Source: Eledone cirrhosa
Lineage: Eukaryota
Assembly (NCBI GenBank): GCA_964016885.1
Contig: OZ024744.1
Location: 78,058,001-78,122,000, forward strand
Length of the DNA: 64,000 nucleotides
Direction of reading: 5' to 3'
Position numbers and translations under genes: made by a program. The notes below the pieces were generated by a model. The model saw nothing but the letters and a program-made list of their open reading frames with translations, searched no databases and had not been told where the DNA came from. Positions 1 to 12,781 of this stretch are shown in pieces (position 1 is the stretch's first letter; the number at the start of each line of letters is the position of its first letter).

Positions 1-155
1 ACATTGATTATAGATTTTGGATGAAAACAGAAAATTATTTAGATTAGCTGTAAACTGGAATAACGTGAAGGCGTGTAGTCTAGTGGTTAGGCTGCTGAAG
101 CGAATGCTAAAGGGTTAAACATGAACATATACAGTAGTGAAGTAATGAAAGGGTT

Positions 156-348
156 AATAATTGTTTCTACTTTTGGCACAAGGCCAGCAATTATCCCCAC
201 TGCATTACTGGTGATTTATTTTATCAACCCCCGTAAGGATGAAAGGCAAAGTTAACCTCGGCGGGATTTGAACTCAGACTATAAAGGGCGTAACTATGCT
301 GCAAAGCATGCCGTCCAACCCTCTACTTATATTGCCAATCCACCACCT
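156..348 (-). mobile_element. tRNA-derived SINE (family A), first of a tandem pair
   Basis: Minus strand has B-box GAGTTCAAATCC, then GCCTTTCATCCTTACGGGGGT.GATAAAAT and tail GGCCTTGTGCCAAAAGTAGAAACAATTATT; same family at 359-552, 12592-12762, 35578-35743, 58945-59160. Confidence 0.85.
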
Positions 349-358
349 TGAAAGGCTT

Positions 359-552
359 AATAATTGTTTCTACTTTTGGCACAAAGCCAGCAATTACCCC
401 AGTGCATTACTGGGGCTATATTTTATCACCCCCGTAAGGATGAAAGGCAAAGTTAACCTCAGGGGGATTTGAACTCAGAATGGCAAGGACCGTACGTAAC
501 TCTATGCCTCAAAGCATGGCGTTCGACCCTCTACCGATACTGCCAATCCACT
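359..552 (-). mobile_element. tRNA-derived SINE (family A), second tandem copy
   Basis: Co-linear, diverged duplicate of 156-348 with B-box. Confidence 0.85.
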
Positions 553-999
553 GGTTAATAAGGCTACATAAATGTCACAAGTTGAAGTTATTTGGAATGT
601 TAGGTGAGGATAAAGATACTAACAGATGATGAGAACTATTTTAGAAATAAATAACACAAATTCTTCTCTTATATGGTCAATATGTCTCTCGAGCTTATCT
701 TGGGATTAATTAAAATAGAGCTAGTTTACATTCAGATTTGAACATACCAACCAAGTTTGTAACCATTAGACAAGAAAAATGTTTATATTTAGATACAAAC
801 TGTTCAATTTAGCAACGAAAATCTCTCTAGAAAAAAAAAAGTTAAAAAAAGACCCTTACTGTGTTTAAAATGGGAACCAAATATTTTTAGTCATACATCT
901 TAAGATAATATTTATCAATAAAAATAGAACAGATACATCTATAAATGTCAGCTGATTGTTTCATTTGAATTGCTATTTCTATATCATGTACATATGAAT

Positions 1000-1403
1000 A
1001 TGTGTGTGACTGTGTACATGTGTGTATGGGTGTGTGTGTGTGTGTGCGCACATGTGTGTGTTTGCACGCATGTGTATTTTTGCGTGAGTGTGTACAAGTA
1101 TGTCTGCGCCTGAGTGAGTGAGCATGAGTGAGTGTGTGCATGAGTGACTGTCCATGTGTGTGTGCATGAGTGACTGTGCATGTGTGCATGAGTGAGTGAG
1201 TGTGTGTGCGTGTGCATGAGTGAGTGTGTGTGTGTGCATGAGTGAGTGTGTGTGCATGAGTGAGTGAGTGTATGAGTGAGTGAGTGAGTGAGTGAGTGAG
1301 TGAGTGAGTGAGTGAGTGAGTGAGTGAGTGAGTGAGTGCGTGTGCATGAGTGAGTGCGTGTGCATGAGTGAGTGTGTGTGTGTGTGTCTGCATGAGTGTG
1401 TGA
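1000..1403. repeat. (TG)n/(TGAG)n compound microsatellite
   Basis: Visible TGAG and TG arrays; source of the His/Thr-rich spurious ORFs. Confidence 0.95.
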
Positions 1404-1409
1404 ATGTGC

Positions 1410-1492
1410 CTGTTTTCTGTCTCTCTGTCAGGACTCCATTGGAACTGATAAGTATTCCAGTTGATTCAATCAACGAAACATGTAATGTGGTT
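1410..1492 (-). CDS. Candidate internal exon (TTLHVSLIESTGILISSNGVLTERQKT) of the minus-strand host gene
   Basis: Acceptor ATCATTCAG|A at 1493; open in the phase-2 frame continuing exon 2532-2452; 3' boundary uncertain (only a weak AG|GCACAT GC donor). Confidence 0.35.
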
Positions 1493-1649
1493 CTGAATGA
1501 TACATTTTAACCACACAGTCATGCCTGGGTAAACAATACTTATACAGCAAAACTATGTTTTATACATAACTAATAATGAAAATATCCATTTAAGAGTTAT
1601 TACCAATTCACGACCAAATTTTGGAAAAGGGGATCATCATCTGTATCAC

Positions 1650-2155
1650 AAACATCATTTAACATCCATTTTCCATGATTGAATGGGTTAAACAGGTTGT
1701 CGCATTGAGTCAAGTCAAGTCAGGTAAGCACATCTTGCTTATACTGATATGTATTTTGGTTTGGTTTCTATGGCTGGATGTCTTTCCTAACACCAAAGAC
1801 ATTACATTGTAGACTGGGTGCTGTTTATCATGGCACCAAAAATGACCATCTAACAGAGTGGAGTGGGATAGGTGCTTTTTGCCTTGTCACAAGCACAACC
1901 ACCTTACAGAGTTGACTGGGTGTATTTTGTCGTGTTACAAGAACAACCACCTTACAGGGTTGACGGTGTATTTTATCATGTCACCTGCACAACCACCTTA
2001 CAGAGTTGATTCGGTGCTTTTTATCGTGTCACAAGCACAACCACCTTACAGGGTTGACGGTGTATTTTATCATGTCACCTGCACAACCACCTTACAGGGT
2101 TGACTGCGTGCTCTTTATCGTGTCACCTGCATGACCACCTTACAAGGTGAACTGC
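1650..2155 (-). mobile_element. RTE-LINE 3' UTR fragment with ~51-bp tandem repeat array
   Basis: Repeats of GTCAC..GCACAACCACCTTACAG.GTTGAC.G.GTG..TTTT (1880-2150); GGCTGGATG.C.TTCCTAACACCAA motif shared with RTE tails in this window. Confidence 0.7.
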
Positions 2156-2451
2156 ATACTTCTTGAGAACATGAAATTGAAATTCAAACTCAAATTGAAA
2201 AACTAACAAAAAATCTATTATGAATTTGCCAATCAAACTCCAATCTTTCTTCTACACTTATTGAGTTTCAAACATTAAATTTTTGTTTTCTTCTTTTTGT
2301 ATGATTAGAATAATTGAAATTGAGATGAACATAAAAACAAATTCAACAATTTAAAATCCCCCCCCCCCCGGAGGGGGGGGGGGTCACAATTCTTAATAGT
2401 AACATAAAAACCTAAAATAAAATTTAAAAAAAAAACAAAAAAAAAACTTAC

Positions 2452-2532
2452 ATATCCGTTTCATCATACATATCCGTTCCTCTTCTTTTTGGTCGCCGAG
2501 GAGAGCAGCTACATGAAGGTTTCGGATCATTC
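2452..2532 (-). CDS. Probable internal exon (NDPKPSCSCSPRRPKRRGTDMYDETD) of the minus-strand host gene
   Basis: TATTCCAG| acceptor at 2533, |GTAAGT donor at 2451, 81 nt, GC-richer than flanks, open in the phase-2 frame matching the exon ending at 21682. Confidence 0.6.
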
Positions 2533-3989
2533 CTGGAATAGTTTTAAAACAAGAAAGTCAACAGCGAGTTACAATTTGTTTTTTGTTTGTTTGTTAGTTT
2601 ATTTTTTGGGGGATGGGTGGGGAACATAGAAAAACAATGATTTTTTTTTTTAAAGACTAGGATTTTTTCGATACACTGACGCGTATGTGTATATGTGTAT
2701 ATGTGCATACATTTATACGTATGAGTATATAAATGTAAATGCGCAAACAGAGACACAAAAATACACACTCAGACATACATTCACACAAACACAGTAGTTT
2801 TTCCACCATCTCCTTCCTTCCTTCCTTCCTTTTACACACACAAATATATTCACGCAGGCAGTAGACATAAAGAGAGAGTAGTAGTATGAGGTAGTCAAAC
2901 TACTCTCTTTACATGTTGTGACAGAATCGCAGAAATTTATACATAGATTTCAACATCAGCCAGATTTTAGTGGCTTTAATTGATTCAAAAAGTTATCTGC
3001 TGGAATTACCAAAGGAAATATTTCATATACAGCAAGCTGTTTTAACAAATGATGCATACCTGTTATATCTAAACCAACTATGGGCAAAATGAATGTGGCC
3101 CACCAACCATATGCAGTTTGTTTGACTTTCTGAATGGCACACCCAAAGAAAAATTACATGAATTTTTTTCTTATCAAAGAACATGGCCCATTCTTGATCT
3201 AACCAATGATACAGCCTTCATATAGTTGCTTGATCTGCTAGAAATAGCAACCAAGATTCCATTAAAAAACACCCTACCGTCTTAAAAGTCTACAATGGAC
3301 AATTTAGTCAATCCTAAAACGGTGGAACACTTCTGATCATAAGTTTGCTCAATCAAGGCTGACCTGGGGCTAAACAATAAACACAATTCAAGGAGTGAGT
3401 CTATGTGGTAGCTTGACTTGCTAGAAATAACAACCAATTACCTTTCAAATCACATTCTACTGTCTTCACAATGTATCCCTCCTTAATACTAACCAACCAC
3501 CTTACAGAACTACGTTCTGTAAGGTGGTTAGTTCTGTATTTTATTGTGAAAAGTGAAGAGATGCTGTACTGAGGACATATCCAACCTATGCAAGTGTGGA
3601 ACAAAGAGCGTAAAATGATGATGGTTATGGTGATGACCGACACTAACAATTTATAGGGTGTATTTATTGTGCCAATAGCACTAGAGAAGTCATCATATCC
3701 TAGGTCAGACTGGAAGGAACTCTCTAACCTTCTTTGTCCCCATTTAATTGCCATCCATTTTATCAATTTACAGAGTGGACCAGGTACACTCCATCATGGC
3801 CCAAACACTAGAGAGGTTGTCAGGTACTCAACTGGACCAAAGGATTATCTCCATGGTTTTACACGGCGAATGGGCAGGTACTGAATACATTCCATTGTGA
3901 CACCACTACTTGGGAGACTGACTCGTCCATGCAAGTTAAAAGGAAATTTCCATTTCATGACACCAGTCCATCATCAGTGTTAAATCCAG

Positions 3990-4143
3990 TTACTGCTGAT
4001 ACTTATTTTCAACAGAATATACTGGAGCAACACGAAGTGTTTTTTTTTTTTTGCTCAAGAACACAACACAACCTGGTCAAGAAATTGAACCAACGATATT
4101 ATGATTGTAAGTCCAAAAGCCTAACCACTAAGCTACATGCCGT
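3990..4143 (-). mobile_element. Degenerate CORE-like SINE (family B) fragment
   Basis: ACTGGAGCAA...TTGCTCAAGAACACAACAC...AATTGAAC...CTAACCACTAAGCTACATG similar to intact copies. Confidence 0.6.
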
Positions 4144-4260
4144 CGCGTTATTCCAGTTTACAGCTAATCTTAATTTCCTATTTTCCTCCAAAATCCTATA
4201 ATCAATGTATACATTGGTCGTGTTCACATCATGACAAAAAACACCCAGTCCAGGACTTAA

Positions 4261-4482
4261 TTCTTTAGCATATACATTACTCTATATATATATACTATTA
4301 TACTTTCATGGTAAAGGCTTTATCTTATATAAATATATCACATAATATCAAATCTACAAGATTTTGATGTTATTTATTTTGAAAACAATACCGAAACGTC
4401 AGTATGAGAGGCCAGTTACAGCCAGTTTGAACAGAATGAGGAGAGAATTCTAGCCAGATACGGCCAGTATAATACTAAAGGG
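4261..4482. mobile_element. piggyBac-like MITE (TTAA ends)
   Basis: TTAA-TTCTTTAGCAT...ATACTAAAGGG-TAA; homologous to 5370, 11778, 29653 copies. Confidence 0.7.
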
Positions 4483-5369
4483 TAATATCTACTTATGCAA
4501 GAATTTTCAGATAAAGTAAAACTGATCATCTTCCTCATTGTTTTTTTTATGTTGGCCTTTACATGCTTGCATTGGTTAAACAGGACTTTTGGGGGGCAAT
4601 GTTCTACAGCTAGATGACCTTTCTGACACCAACCATTTTAGTTGCTTCATATGACATGCATGAAATACATCATCATCACCATTTTACGTCAATTTTTCCA
4701 CGCTAGCATGGGTTAAATGAGTTGTCCTGTTATGAGCAATGCCAGGTCCGAGTACCATGTCTTGCTCATACAGAACTGTTTCTGGCTTGGTTTCTACAAT
4801 TGGATGCCGTTGCTAACACCAACCTCACAGTGAGTACTGGGTGCTTTTTGTCATGTCACCAGCATGACCACTTTACAGTGTGGGCTGAGGGCTTCACTAG
4901 ACTCCTCGGCCTGTGCCTGTTGCGTCTTCTGTATCACTGTGTAACGCAGAAGATACAGTGTATGCCTATTCTAACAAAACAAGCACATACAAATTTTAAT
5001 TTTTTTAATTTAAAAAACAAAAGGTAAATCTTGGCCTCTAAGAATATATAATCTATAACATTTTTGGTAACACCCAATCAAGTAGCTAGTAAATAGTTGT
5101 GAAATGAGCAATCCTTTTGTTACCATATTTTCCATAATTCTAATGAATGACACTGCCTATGATTTTCAAATCATTTTGAAAATAATCAAGAATTTGCAGA
5201 GACTTAGTAATATAACTAAATTTGATATTATCAAGCTTGTATTTGAAACAACTTTACAAAGGTGTTGACATAAAAGCATACTGAAAGATTTTTAGATAAA
5301 TATAAACACTTTAAAACAAAGAGTTTTGTACAATAGAACCAGGGACAGTTTCAGATAAAAAGGGTTTAA

Positions 5370-5580
5370 CCCTTTAGCATTTAAACTGGCTGTATCCGGC
5401 TAGAATTCTCTCACCTCTTTCTGTTCAAACCGTCCGTAATCAACCATTCATTAAGGTATTGTTCATAAAATAAATAACATCAAAATCTCATAGATTCGAT
5501 ATTATGTGAGATAATTATGTAAAATAAAGCCTTTACCATGAAAATACAATGGTATATATAGAGTAATATTAGACTAAATG
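5370..5580. mobile_element. piggyBac-like MITE, opposite orientation
   Basis: TTAA-CCCTTTAGCATTTAAAC start; reverse complement of 29653-29860; further partial copies at 11210-11395 and 61510-61592. Confidence 0.7.
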
Positions 5581-6232
5581 AAAAATTCAAGAAGTGAGTG
5601 CCCTTCTGAGCTCCTTGATTGGAATCACACATGTTATAGCCCAGTCAACAATGAAAAGTTCACTTTAGGCAACTAACTAGGTAAGCCATGAAAAATAGAG
5701 GAAAAATAGAGGAAATGGACTTCAATGTTACACACAAATAATTTCAAGAAAAAATTATAATTATGGACAATAGAATTACTGGTAGAAGACCGAGAAAGAA
5801 CTAAAACACTACAATATATACAGCTGGTAGTCAGTAGCTACAGTGATGATTGTAGATGATAGTTTGGTAGAAAGATGTGGTAGAATCGGTGGTAGAAGAC
5901 TGACAAACAAAAAGTAGGGAGTACTTTTTAGTCTTGCTGAGAATAAGCCAACCTATCTTGTACTGATCCACGATAAAATGTTCTCAGTACACACTAGTGG
6001 TTGGTAAATGAAAGGAGACATTGTAGAGTAGAAAGGACTGTTTAGTCTTGCCAGGGACATGACAACTTCTCTAGTGGTGGTGCCACATAAAATGTATCCA
6101 GCCCAAAAAAATATATATATATAGAATATACAAATCACATGATCCTAACTCATTTAGAAGAACAGTAACCCCAAATAAGAACTGACTAAAACCATGGCTA
6201 ATAGATATAAAATGATGACAACAATGAATATA

Positions 6233-6418
6233 CCGTATATACTCAAATATAAGCCGATCTGCCTATTTTATGCTCGAAAAATAGGGGAAAATCCAAACTG
6301 TATATAAACAGACGCAGCTAATAAACACATTGTTTAGAGGGCATATATAAGCAAACCTCCCATTTTACCATCAATTTTTTGGTCACATTTTGCCTGGCTT
6401 TTATTTGAATATATATGG
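6233..6418. mobile_element. Tc1/mariner-type MITE
   Basis: TA-CCGTATATACTCAAATATAAGCC ... GGCTTTTATTTGAATATATATGG-TA: imperfect TIRs with TA TSD. Confidence 0.65.
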
Positions 6419-6499
6419 TAAATGAATGTGCTAATGGTTAACAGAAGACTGTAAAAGAATTATAATGATAATGATAGGTGATTCTTAATATATATATAT

Positions 6500-8932
6500 G
6501 GAGCACTGGGAGTTCCTAAAAAATAACTTACTAGAGGCGACGGATGAGATCTGTGGCTGGAGTAAGCAGGAGGAGATTGACTTGGTGGTGGAACAATAAG
6601 GTAGATGAGGCAGTTAAGGCCAAGAGACAGGCATGGAAAGAATGGAAGAACGGGGGGAGCAGGGTACATTACATAGAGACCAAGAGGGAAGCTAGGCGAC
6701 AAGTATACTTAGCTAGGAGGGAAGCAGAGGATAGAAAATTCAAGCATGTTTTGCAACGCGAGGACCAGAAACAGGAGGTGCTCAAGATTGCGAGGCAGTG
6801 TGTCAGAGAGAATTGTGATGTCATTGGAGAGAAGTGTATCCAGAATGATAAAGGTGAGCTTGCCCTCACAAATGCTGAGAAGAAAGATGCATGGAAGAGC
6901 CATTATTAAATGAGGAGAATGCATGGGAAGAAGAGACCCTACCCCAAGTAGACCCTATAGAGGGGCCAGCAGTACAAGTCAGCAGCAGCGTAGTAAGTAA
7001 GGCAATCAAAGATATGAAGATGGGGAAGGCAACCGGTCCATCGGGTATAGCTGCCGAGATGCTGAAGGCATCTGGGTCTGTAGGTCACACTATAACCACA
7101 CGTATTGTTAACCAGGTAATACTAGAAGGTGTCATACCAAAAGATTGGTGCAGTAGCATCATTGTCAACTGCTACAAAGGTAAAGGTGATGCACTAGATA
7201 GAGGAAACTATAGAGGTATAAAGCTGATGGACCAGGTCATGAAAGTAACAGAAAGAGTTATAGCACAGTTGATTAGGGACCGGGTGAAACTAGATGAGAT
7301 GCAATTTGGGTTTGTACCAGGAAGAGGCACCACTGATGCCCTCTTCCTTGTGAGGCAGTTACAGGAAAAGTACCTAGCTAAAAGTAAGCCACTCTACCTG
7401 GCATTCGTCGATCAAGAGAAAGCCTTTGACAGAGTTCCACGTGCTGTAATCTGGTGGGCTCTTAGAAAACTAGGAGTAGATGAATGGCTTGTGAAAGCTG
7501 TACAAGCCATGTATAGGGGAGCAGTCAGCAAAGTTAGGATTAGCAATGAGTATAGCAAGGAATTTAGCGTACAGGTTGGTGTCCACCAGGGCTCTGTTCT
7601 TAGCCCTCTCCTGTTCATCATAGTCCTGCAGGCAATAACGGAGGAGTTTAAGACCGGATGCCCATGGGAACTCCTGTATGCTGATGACCTCGCACTTATA
7701 GCTGAATCTATGGTAGGACTAGAGAAGAAATTCCAAACTTGGAAGCAGGGACTAGAAAGAAAGGGTCTCAAAGTCAACATGACAAAGACTAAGTAGTCGA
7801 GAAAACAGAACCCAGATCCCCTCAGGGAAATGGCCTTGCTCAGTATGTAGGAAAGGTGTAGGTAGGAACTCCATTCTCTGTCCCAAATGCAAACAATGGG
7901 TACACAAGAGATGTAGCTGGATCTCAGGAAGCTTAATTAAGAATGTAGGCTTCACATGCAGCAGCAGTGCTGGGACAGCAAGCAGCAAACAGTCACAGGA
8001 AACAAGTACCACCAATCTCTGGGAGGGCTCTGTAGAAACAGTAGACAGCTTCTGCTACCTAGGTGACCGAATTAGCAGCGGAGGTGGGTGTTCAGAAAGT
8101 ACAATAACTAGGGTAAGAACGGGATGGAAGAAGTTCAGGGAACTACTGCCACTGCTAGCTGCAAAAGGCTTCTCCCTCAAAATGAAAGGCAGACTGTATG
8201 ATGTGTGTATCCAAAGAGCAATCTTACATGGTAGTGAGACCTGGGCGCTGAAGGTGGAAGACTTACGTAGATTAGAAAGAAACGAAGCCTGCATGCTCCG
8301 ATGGATGTGTAATAGTAATATATGCGACCGACAAAGCATAAATGAATTGAGAGACTGAGCATAAGAGGAATCAAATGCTGTGTGGAGGAGAGGCAGTTGC
8401 GTTGGTATGGACATGTGATGCGTATGAAGGATGACAGCTGCATAAAAAGGTGCAGAGCACTAGAAGTCAATGGAAACCGCAGAGTGGGGAGACCCAAGAA
8501 GACCTGGGATGAGGTGATAAAAGCCGACCTTACCCAATCACACCTCTCAAAAGCGATGACACACGACCATGACCTCTGGCGTCATGCAGTAATACAGAGT
8601 ACCCGACCTCCCATGGGTACAAGCTGAAGTATATAGACAATATGCCCCCACACCCTCCCACTGCAAGGTGGTTGTGGAGGTGCCGCGGCAAAAAAAGCAC
8701 CCAGCCCACACTGTAAAGTGGACGTGTAGGCGCCACGGGAAAAAAGCACCCAGCACTCACTGTAAATGAGGTTGGTGTTAGGAAGGGCATCCAGCTGTAG
8801 AAATCAAGCCAAATCAGTTCCTGTATGGGCAAGGCATGGTCAGCCAACCAGACACTGCCCACAACAGGACAACCCGTCTAACCCATGCTAGCATGGAAGA
8901 ACGGACGTAAAACGGTGATGATGATGATGATG
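6500..8932 (+). mobile_element. 5'-truncated RTE-clade LINE (RT pseudogene), family RTE-A
   Basis: ORFs 6544-6909, 6891-7796 (QFGF, DxEKAFD, GVHQGSVLSPLLF, YADD), 8382-8627 (LRWYGHVMR, GRPKKTW); frameshifts; (GAT)n tail; near-identical to 48442-50910 on minus. Confidence 0.95.
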
Positions 8933-9285
8933 GGATAGTGCTGATGAACACAAATGGGAATAGTCAACTTTTTACTTGGCCAACAAGGAGAGTATTCAAA
9001 CTATCTGTGTTTCCTGTGTTTACGGGATAGCCAAACGAAAGACAAACATTGGAAACAGAAGCACTAGCCATTTAGTAAAAGTTTGGCTGTTGGGGTGAAG
9101 AATATCATACACCAACCACTTGTTGGGTGAGAGGAAAATCATCTTCCCACCCTTTCATATTATACTAGGACTAATGAAGCAGTTTATTAAAATATCTTAA
9201 TGTGGAGGCAACTGCTTCAAATTCATATGTACATTTCCTGGCCTAAGTTATGATAAAATAAAGACTGAGTAAACAAGATGTAGTT

Positions 9286-10255
9286 TACCTAAGAATGTAG
9301 GTAGGCCGTTGCATGGGAGCAGCAAGCAGCAAACAACCACAGGAAACAAACGCTATCAAATTCTCCAAAAAATTCTGTAGAAGCAGTAGACAGTTTCTAC
9401 TACCTGATTGACCAAATTAGCAGTGAAGGTGGGTGTTTTGAAAGTACAGTAGTCAGAATGAGGACTATTGGAAAAAGTTCAGGGAACAACAACCACTGCT
9501 AGCTACTAAAGGTCCTCAAAATGAAGGGCAGATGTGTGTAAATGAACAGCAATGCTGCATGGTAGTGAGGCCTGGGCGATGTGTGCAGAGGACCTGCAAA
9601 GATTGGAATGAAATGAAGCTTGCCTGCTTCGATGGATGTGTAATAGTAATATAAATGAACTGAGAAAGAAACTAGGCATAAGAGGATCAGATACAGTGTG
9701 CAAGAGAGTAGATTGCGCTGGTATGGACATATGGTGAGTATGAAGGCTGACAGCTGTATAAAAAGGTGCAGATTGCTCAAAGTTGATGGAAGCTATGGAG
9801 TAGGAAGACCCAGGAAGAATTGAAATGAGGTGATAAAAGCTGACTTTGCACAATTGCACCTCGCAAAGATGATTACACAGGACTGAGAACTATTTACGCT
9901 GTAATACAGAAAACCTGCCTTCCCATGAGCACAGGTTGAAACGTATATCTTGTATGCACCACCTTCACACCACCCCCACCACCATACACCTCCAACTTCC
10001 TAACACTCCGCCTCTTACACACACCTATATACCCACCTCCCTCACTGAAGTTCCCAGCCCACACAGTAAAGCAACCATGTAGGTGTCACAACAAAAAGCA
10101 CCCAGCCCACACAGTAAAGTGGTCGCATAGGTGACACGACAAAAAGCGCCCGGCCCACACTGTAAAGTGGTCGCGTAGGTGACACAACAAAAAGCACCCA
10201 GTACACACTGTAAAGTGGTCATGGAGGTGTTATGACAAAAAACACCCAGTACACG
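9286..10255 (+). mobile_element. Degenerate RTE LINE 3' fragment with ~50-bp repeat array
   Basis: Aligns by eye to 7940-8760 with stops/indels; about 4 copies of AAAAAGCACCCAG...ACACTGTAAAGTGGTCG at 10050-10255. Confidence 0.8.
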
Positions 10256-10559
10256 TGTGGGAGGGGGGTGAATCATAACGCCACGCAAACTGAGATAAGC
10301 ACCAACCTGATGACCCCCTGGGTTCAAGGTGGGGTTTTTTTTGAGGTACCATAACAAATACTTGACAAGGCCGGTGGTCCTCTCTGCCCGATGCTGACTT
10401 TGTTTGGTATCTCCTGTAATATGACTGTCAAAGGTATTTTCTGTCCACTGTAAGCTAAAAAGGACTCACCCATTCGATGTCATCTATGATCTCTCACATT
10501 TACATTTGTCAACATGCTTGTACTGATGGGTAGGTGTTTTCTAGCATAGCAAATCATTA

Positions 10560-10915
10560 GTTATCACAACCTTCATATATGATATGATTCTCCACAATTT
10601 CATACTATGCCTTCCTTCGTGCCCCTCTTCCAGTTTTCCTTTATTTCAAGCACTTGGCACTTTATATAATTCTCTCTCTCCCTATACATCACATGCATAC
10701 ATCTGTTTTGCATACTACATCTGATACCTTTTATACTCAGCTCATTTGTGCTCTGTCATTCATGCACACTAACATTACACATCCAATGGAGTATGCATGC
10801 TTCATTTCTTTCTAGTCATTATAAATTGTCTCACTACCATGCAACATAACAATTGAAGGCAGACATTGTACAATCTACCTTTCACTCTGAGAAAGAAGCC
10901 CTTTGTTGTCAACAG
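10560..10915 (-). mobile_element. Highly degenerate RTE LINE fragment
   Basis: Remnants TCTCACTACCATGCAACAT, CATTACACATCCA, GAGA.AGAAGCCCTTTGTTG matching the RTE C-terminus. Confidence 0.55.
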
Positions 10916-11777
10916 AAAATATCTATAAAAAAAAAATATTTGTAAATTAAAATGTCTATAGTATCTCTGAAAATTAGCAGTAAACTAAAGGCTTCAATTT
11001 TTAATGTGTTGCAGCCATTGTTGCTGTTTTGCTCTTTTCAACAATGTCTTGCTAATGTAGTTTTATGTGGTACAAGATATTAAGAGTTAAAACAAGAGCA
11101 CTAAGGTTAAGATTTAAAAGCTGGATTACTGGCAACATAATACTATTATATTCCATCCAACATATAATACTATTATATTCCATCTATGAGCAAGTAAAAC
11201 ATAACAGTTCAAACCTGTCAAAATGCTCTACCTCTTTCTGTTGAAACTGGCTGTAACCGGTCGCTCAAACTGATGTTAAGGTATTGTTTTCAAAATAAAT
11301 ACTTTTAAAATCTCATAGATTCGATATTATGTGAGATAATTATGCAAGATAAAGCCTTTACCGTGAAAATATAAGTATACATAGAGTAATGCAAAAGCAC
11401 CACAATTTTGAAGTATGCAAAAAGCCGTTCATTCCGTGATCGCTATGGAAAACTGAGACACATTAATAAAGAAATAAACAGCTGGTTCTGTTGATATTTG
11501 TCACTAGTAAGGTGTGTGTGGTGTGGGTGTGTTCTTGAGTGTCTATCAATTGACAATCTCAAGGAGTACAAAGATTTAAAAAATGCTGACTGTCTTTTTT
11601 TAGAATGAATTAAATTAATGAAAAGAAAACCACAAAGGTTTGCCAGCTAAAAAAAATCAATTAAATGAAGAAAATAGAAAAAAAATAGACCAATGTATGA
11701 GACACGTATGTGTACGCATGTATGAATGATGATGTTCAGATTATAACAGAACTGTGGGGTGGGGGAACTATCATTAA

Positions 11778-11971
11778 CCCTTTAGCATTTACATTAGTCT
11801 ACATATATTATTGTATTTAATTATTTCACATGATATCGAATCTACGAGATTTTGATGTTATTTATTTTGAGAACAATACCTTAATGTCATTATGAGCAGC
11901 CAGTTACAGCCAGTTTGAACAGAAAGAGGTGAGAGAATTCTGGCCGGGTACGACCGGTTTAAATGCTATCG
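11778..11971. mobile_element. piggyBac-like MITE
   Basis: TTAA-CCCTTTAGCATT ... AAATGCTATCG-TTAA; same family as 29653-29860. Confidence 0.7.
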
Positions 11972-12580
11972 TTAAAACACCCAAGAGACTCGAGATTGAG
12001 CCTTATATGAGGTTAGCTAAACTTGCGCATGTGTAAGATGTAACAACATTATAAAAGATTATAAAAGATTATAAAACCAGTCTTTACCACAAGATTTTTG
12101 TAGTAAACAAAGCATTTCAATTACGACTACAAGCATTTGAAGCGCAATTTTGCTGTTAAAACCGGGGACATCCTTGAGAGCCTCATGACAAGCTTCATAC
12201 TAATCATGTTTTTTTAGGTGTGGGGTAAAGCTTTACAGCCGGATGCCCATCCTGGCGCAAACCCATTTGGTCGCTTCTTGCAACACAAGAATACAATGCA
12301 CCTATTCTATACCGAAATATACACAACAACATAAATAAATAATAGGCTATGTAGCCGGTAAACCCTAAAGGGACGCAACACACATCGCTATAGCGCATCA
12401 CCAGCCCCTTCCTTCTGTTGTTTGTATGTTTATGTATTTACGTGTAGATGTGAGTATGTAACTAAAGCGTAACGTACGTTACGAATGGACGACTAACTGA
12501 ACTTTTGATAATGTGATAATGATAATGAAATTATTGTGTACAGTGCTCAGGTGCACTACAACTCATCAAAGGTGCATGAA

Positions 12581-12781
12581 TAGTACATAAAATAATTGTT
12601 TCTACTTTTGGCACAAGGCCAGCAGTTACCCTAGTGCATTACTGGTACTTTATTTAGTACATAAAATAATTGTTCCTACTTTTGGGCACAAGGCCAGCAA
12701 TTACCCAGTGCATTACTGGTACTTTATTTTATCGACCTCATAAGGATGAAAGGCAAAGTTAATTTAGTACATAAAATAATG
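12581..12781 (-). mobile_element. Two tandem 5'-truncated SINE family A tails with a triplicated target site
   Basis: TAGTACATAAAATAAT occurs at about 12581, 12655 and 12765, bracketing two SINE 3' ends. Confidence 0.75.

Noticed and set aside
860-940. Possible further minus-strand exon ending at GTAAGG (859)
   Set aside because: Stops in all three frames from the candidate acceptor
887-1393. His/Thr-rich ORFs
   Set aside because: (TGAG)n/(TG)n translation
1880-2150. CRISPR-like regularly spaced repeats
   Set aside because: Whole 51-bp units repeat with no unique spacers; eukaryotic RTE 3' UTR origin; no cas genes
7412-8497. Antisense ORFs overlapping RTE RT (also at 36833-37999 and 48890-50008)
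   Set aside because: Shadow ORFs of the LINE coding strand; they recur only because the LINE recurs
10300-10340. CTGATGA followed by a CCCC/GGGG hairpin
   Set aside because: No GAAA or stem III; not a hammerhead
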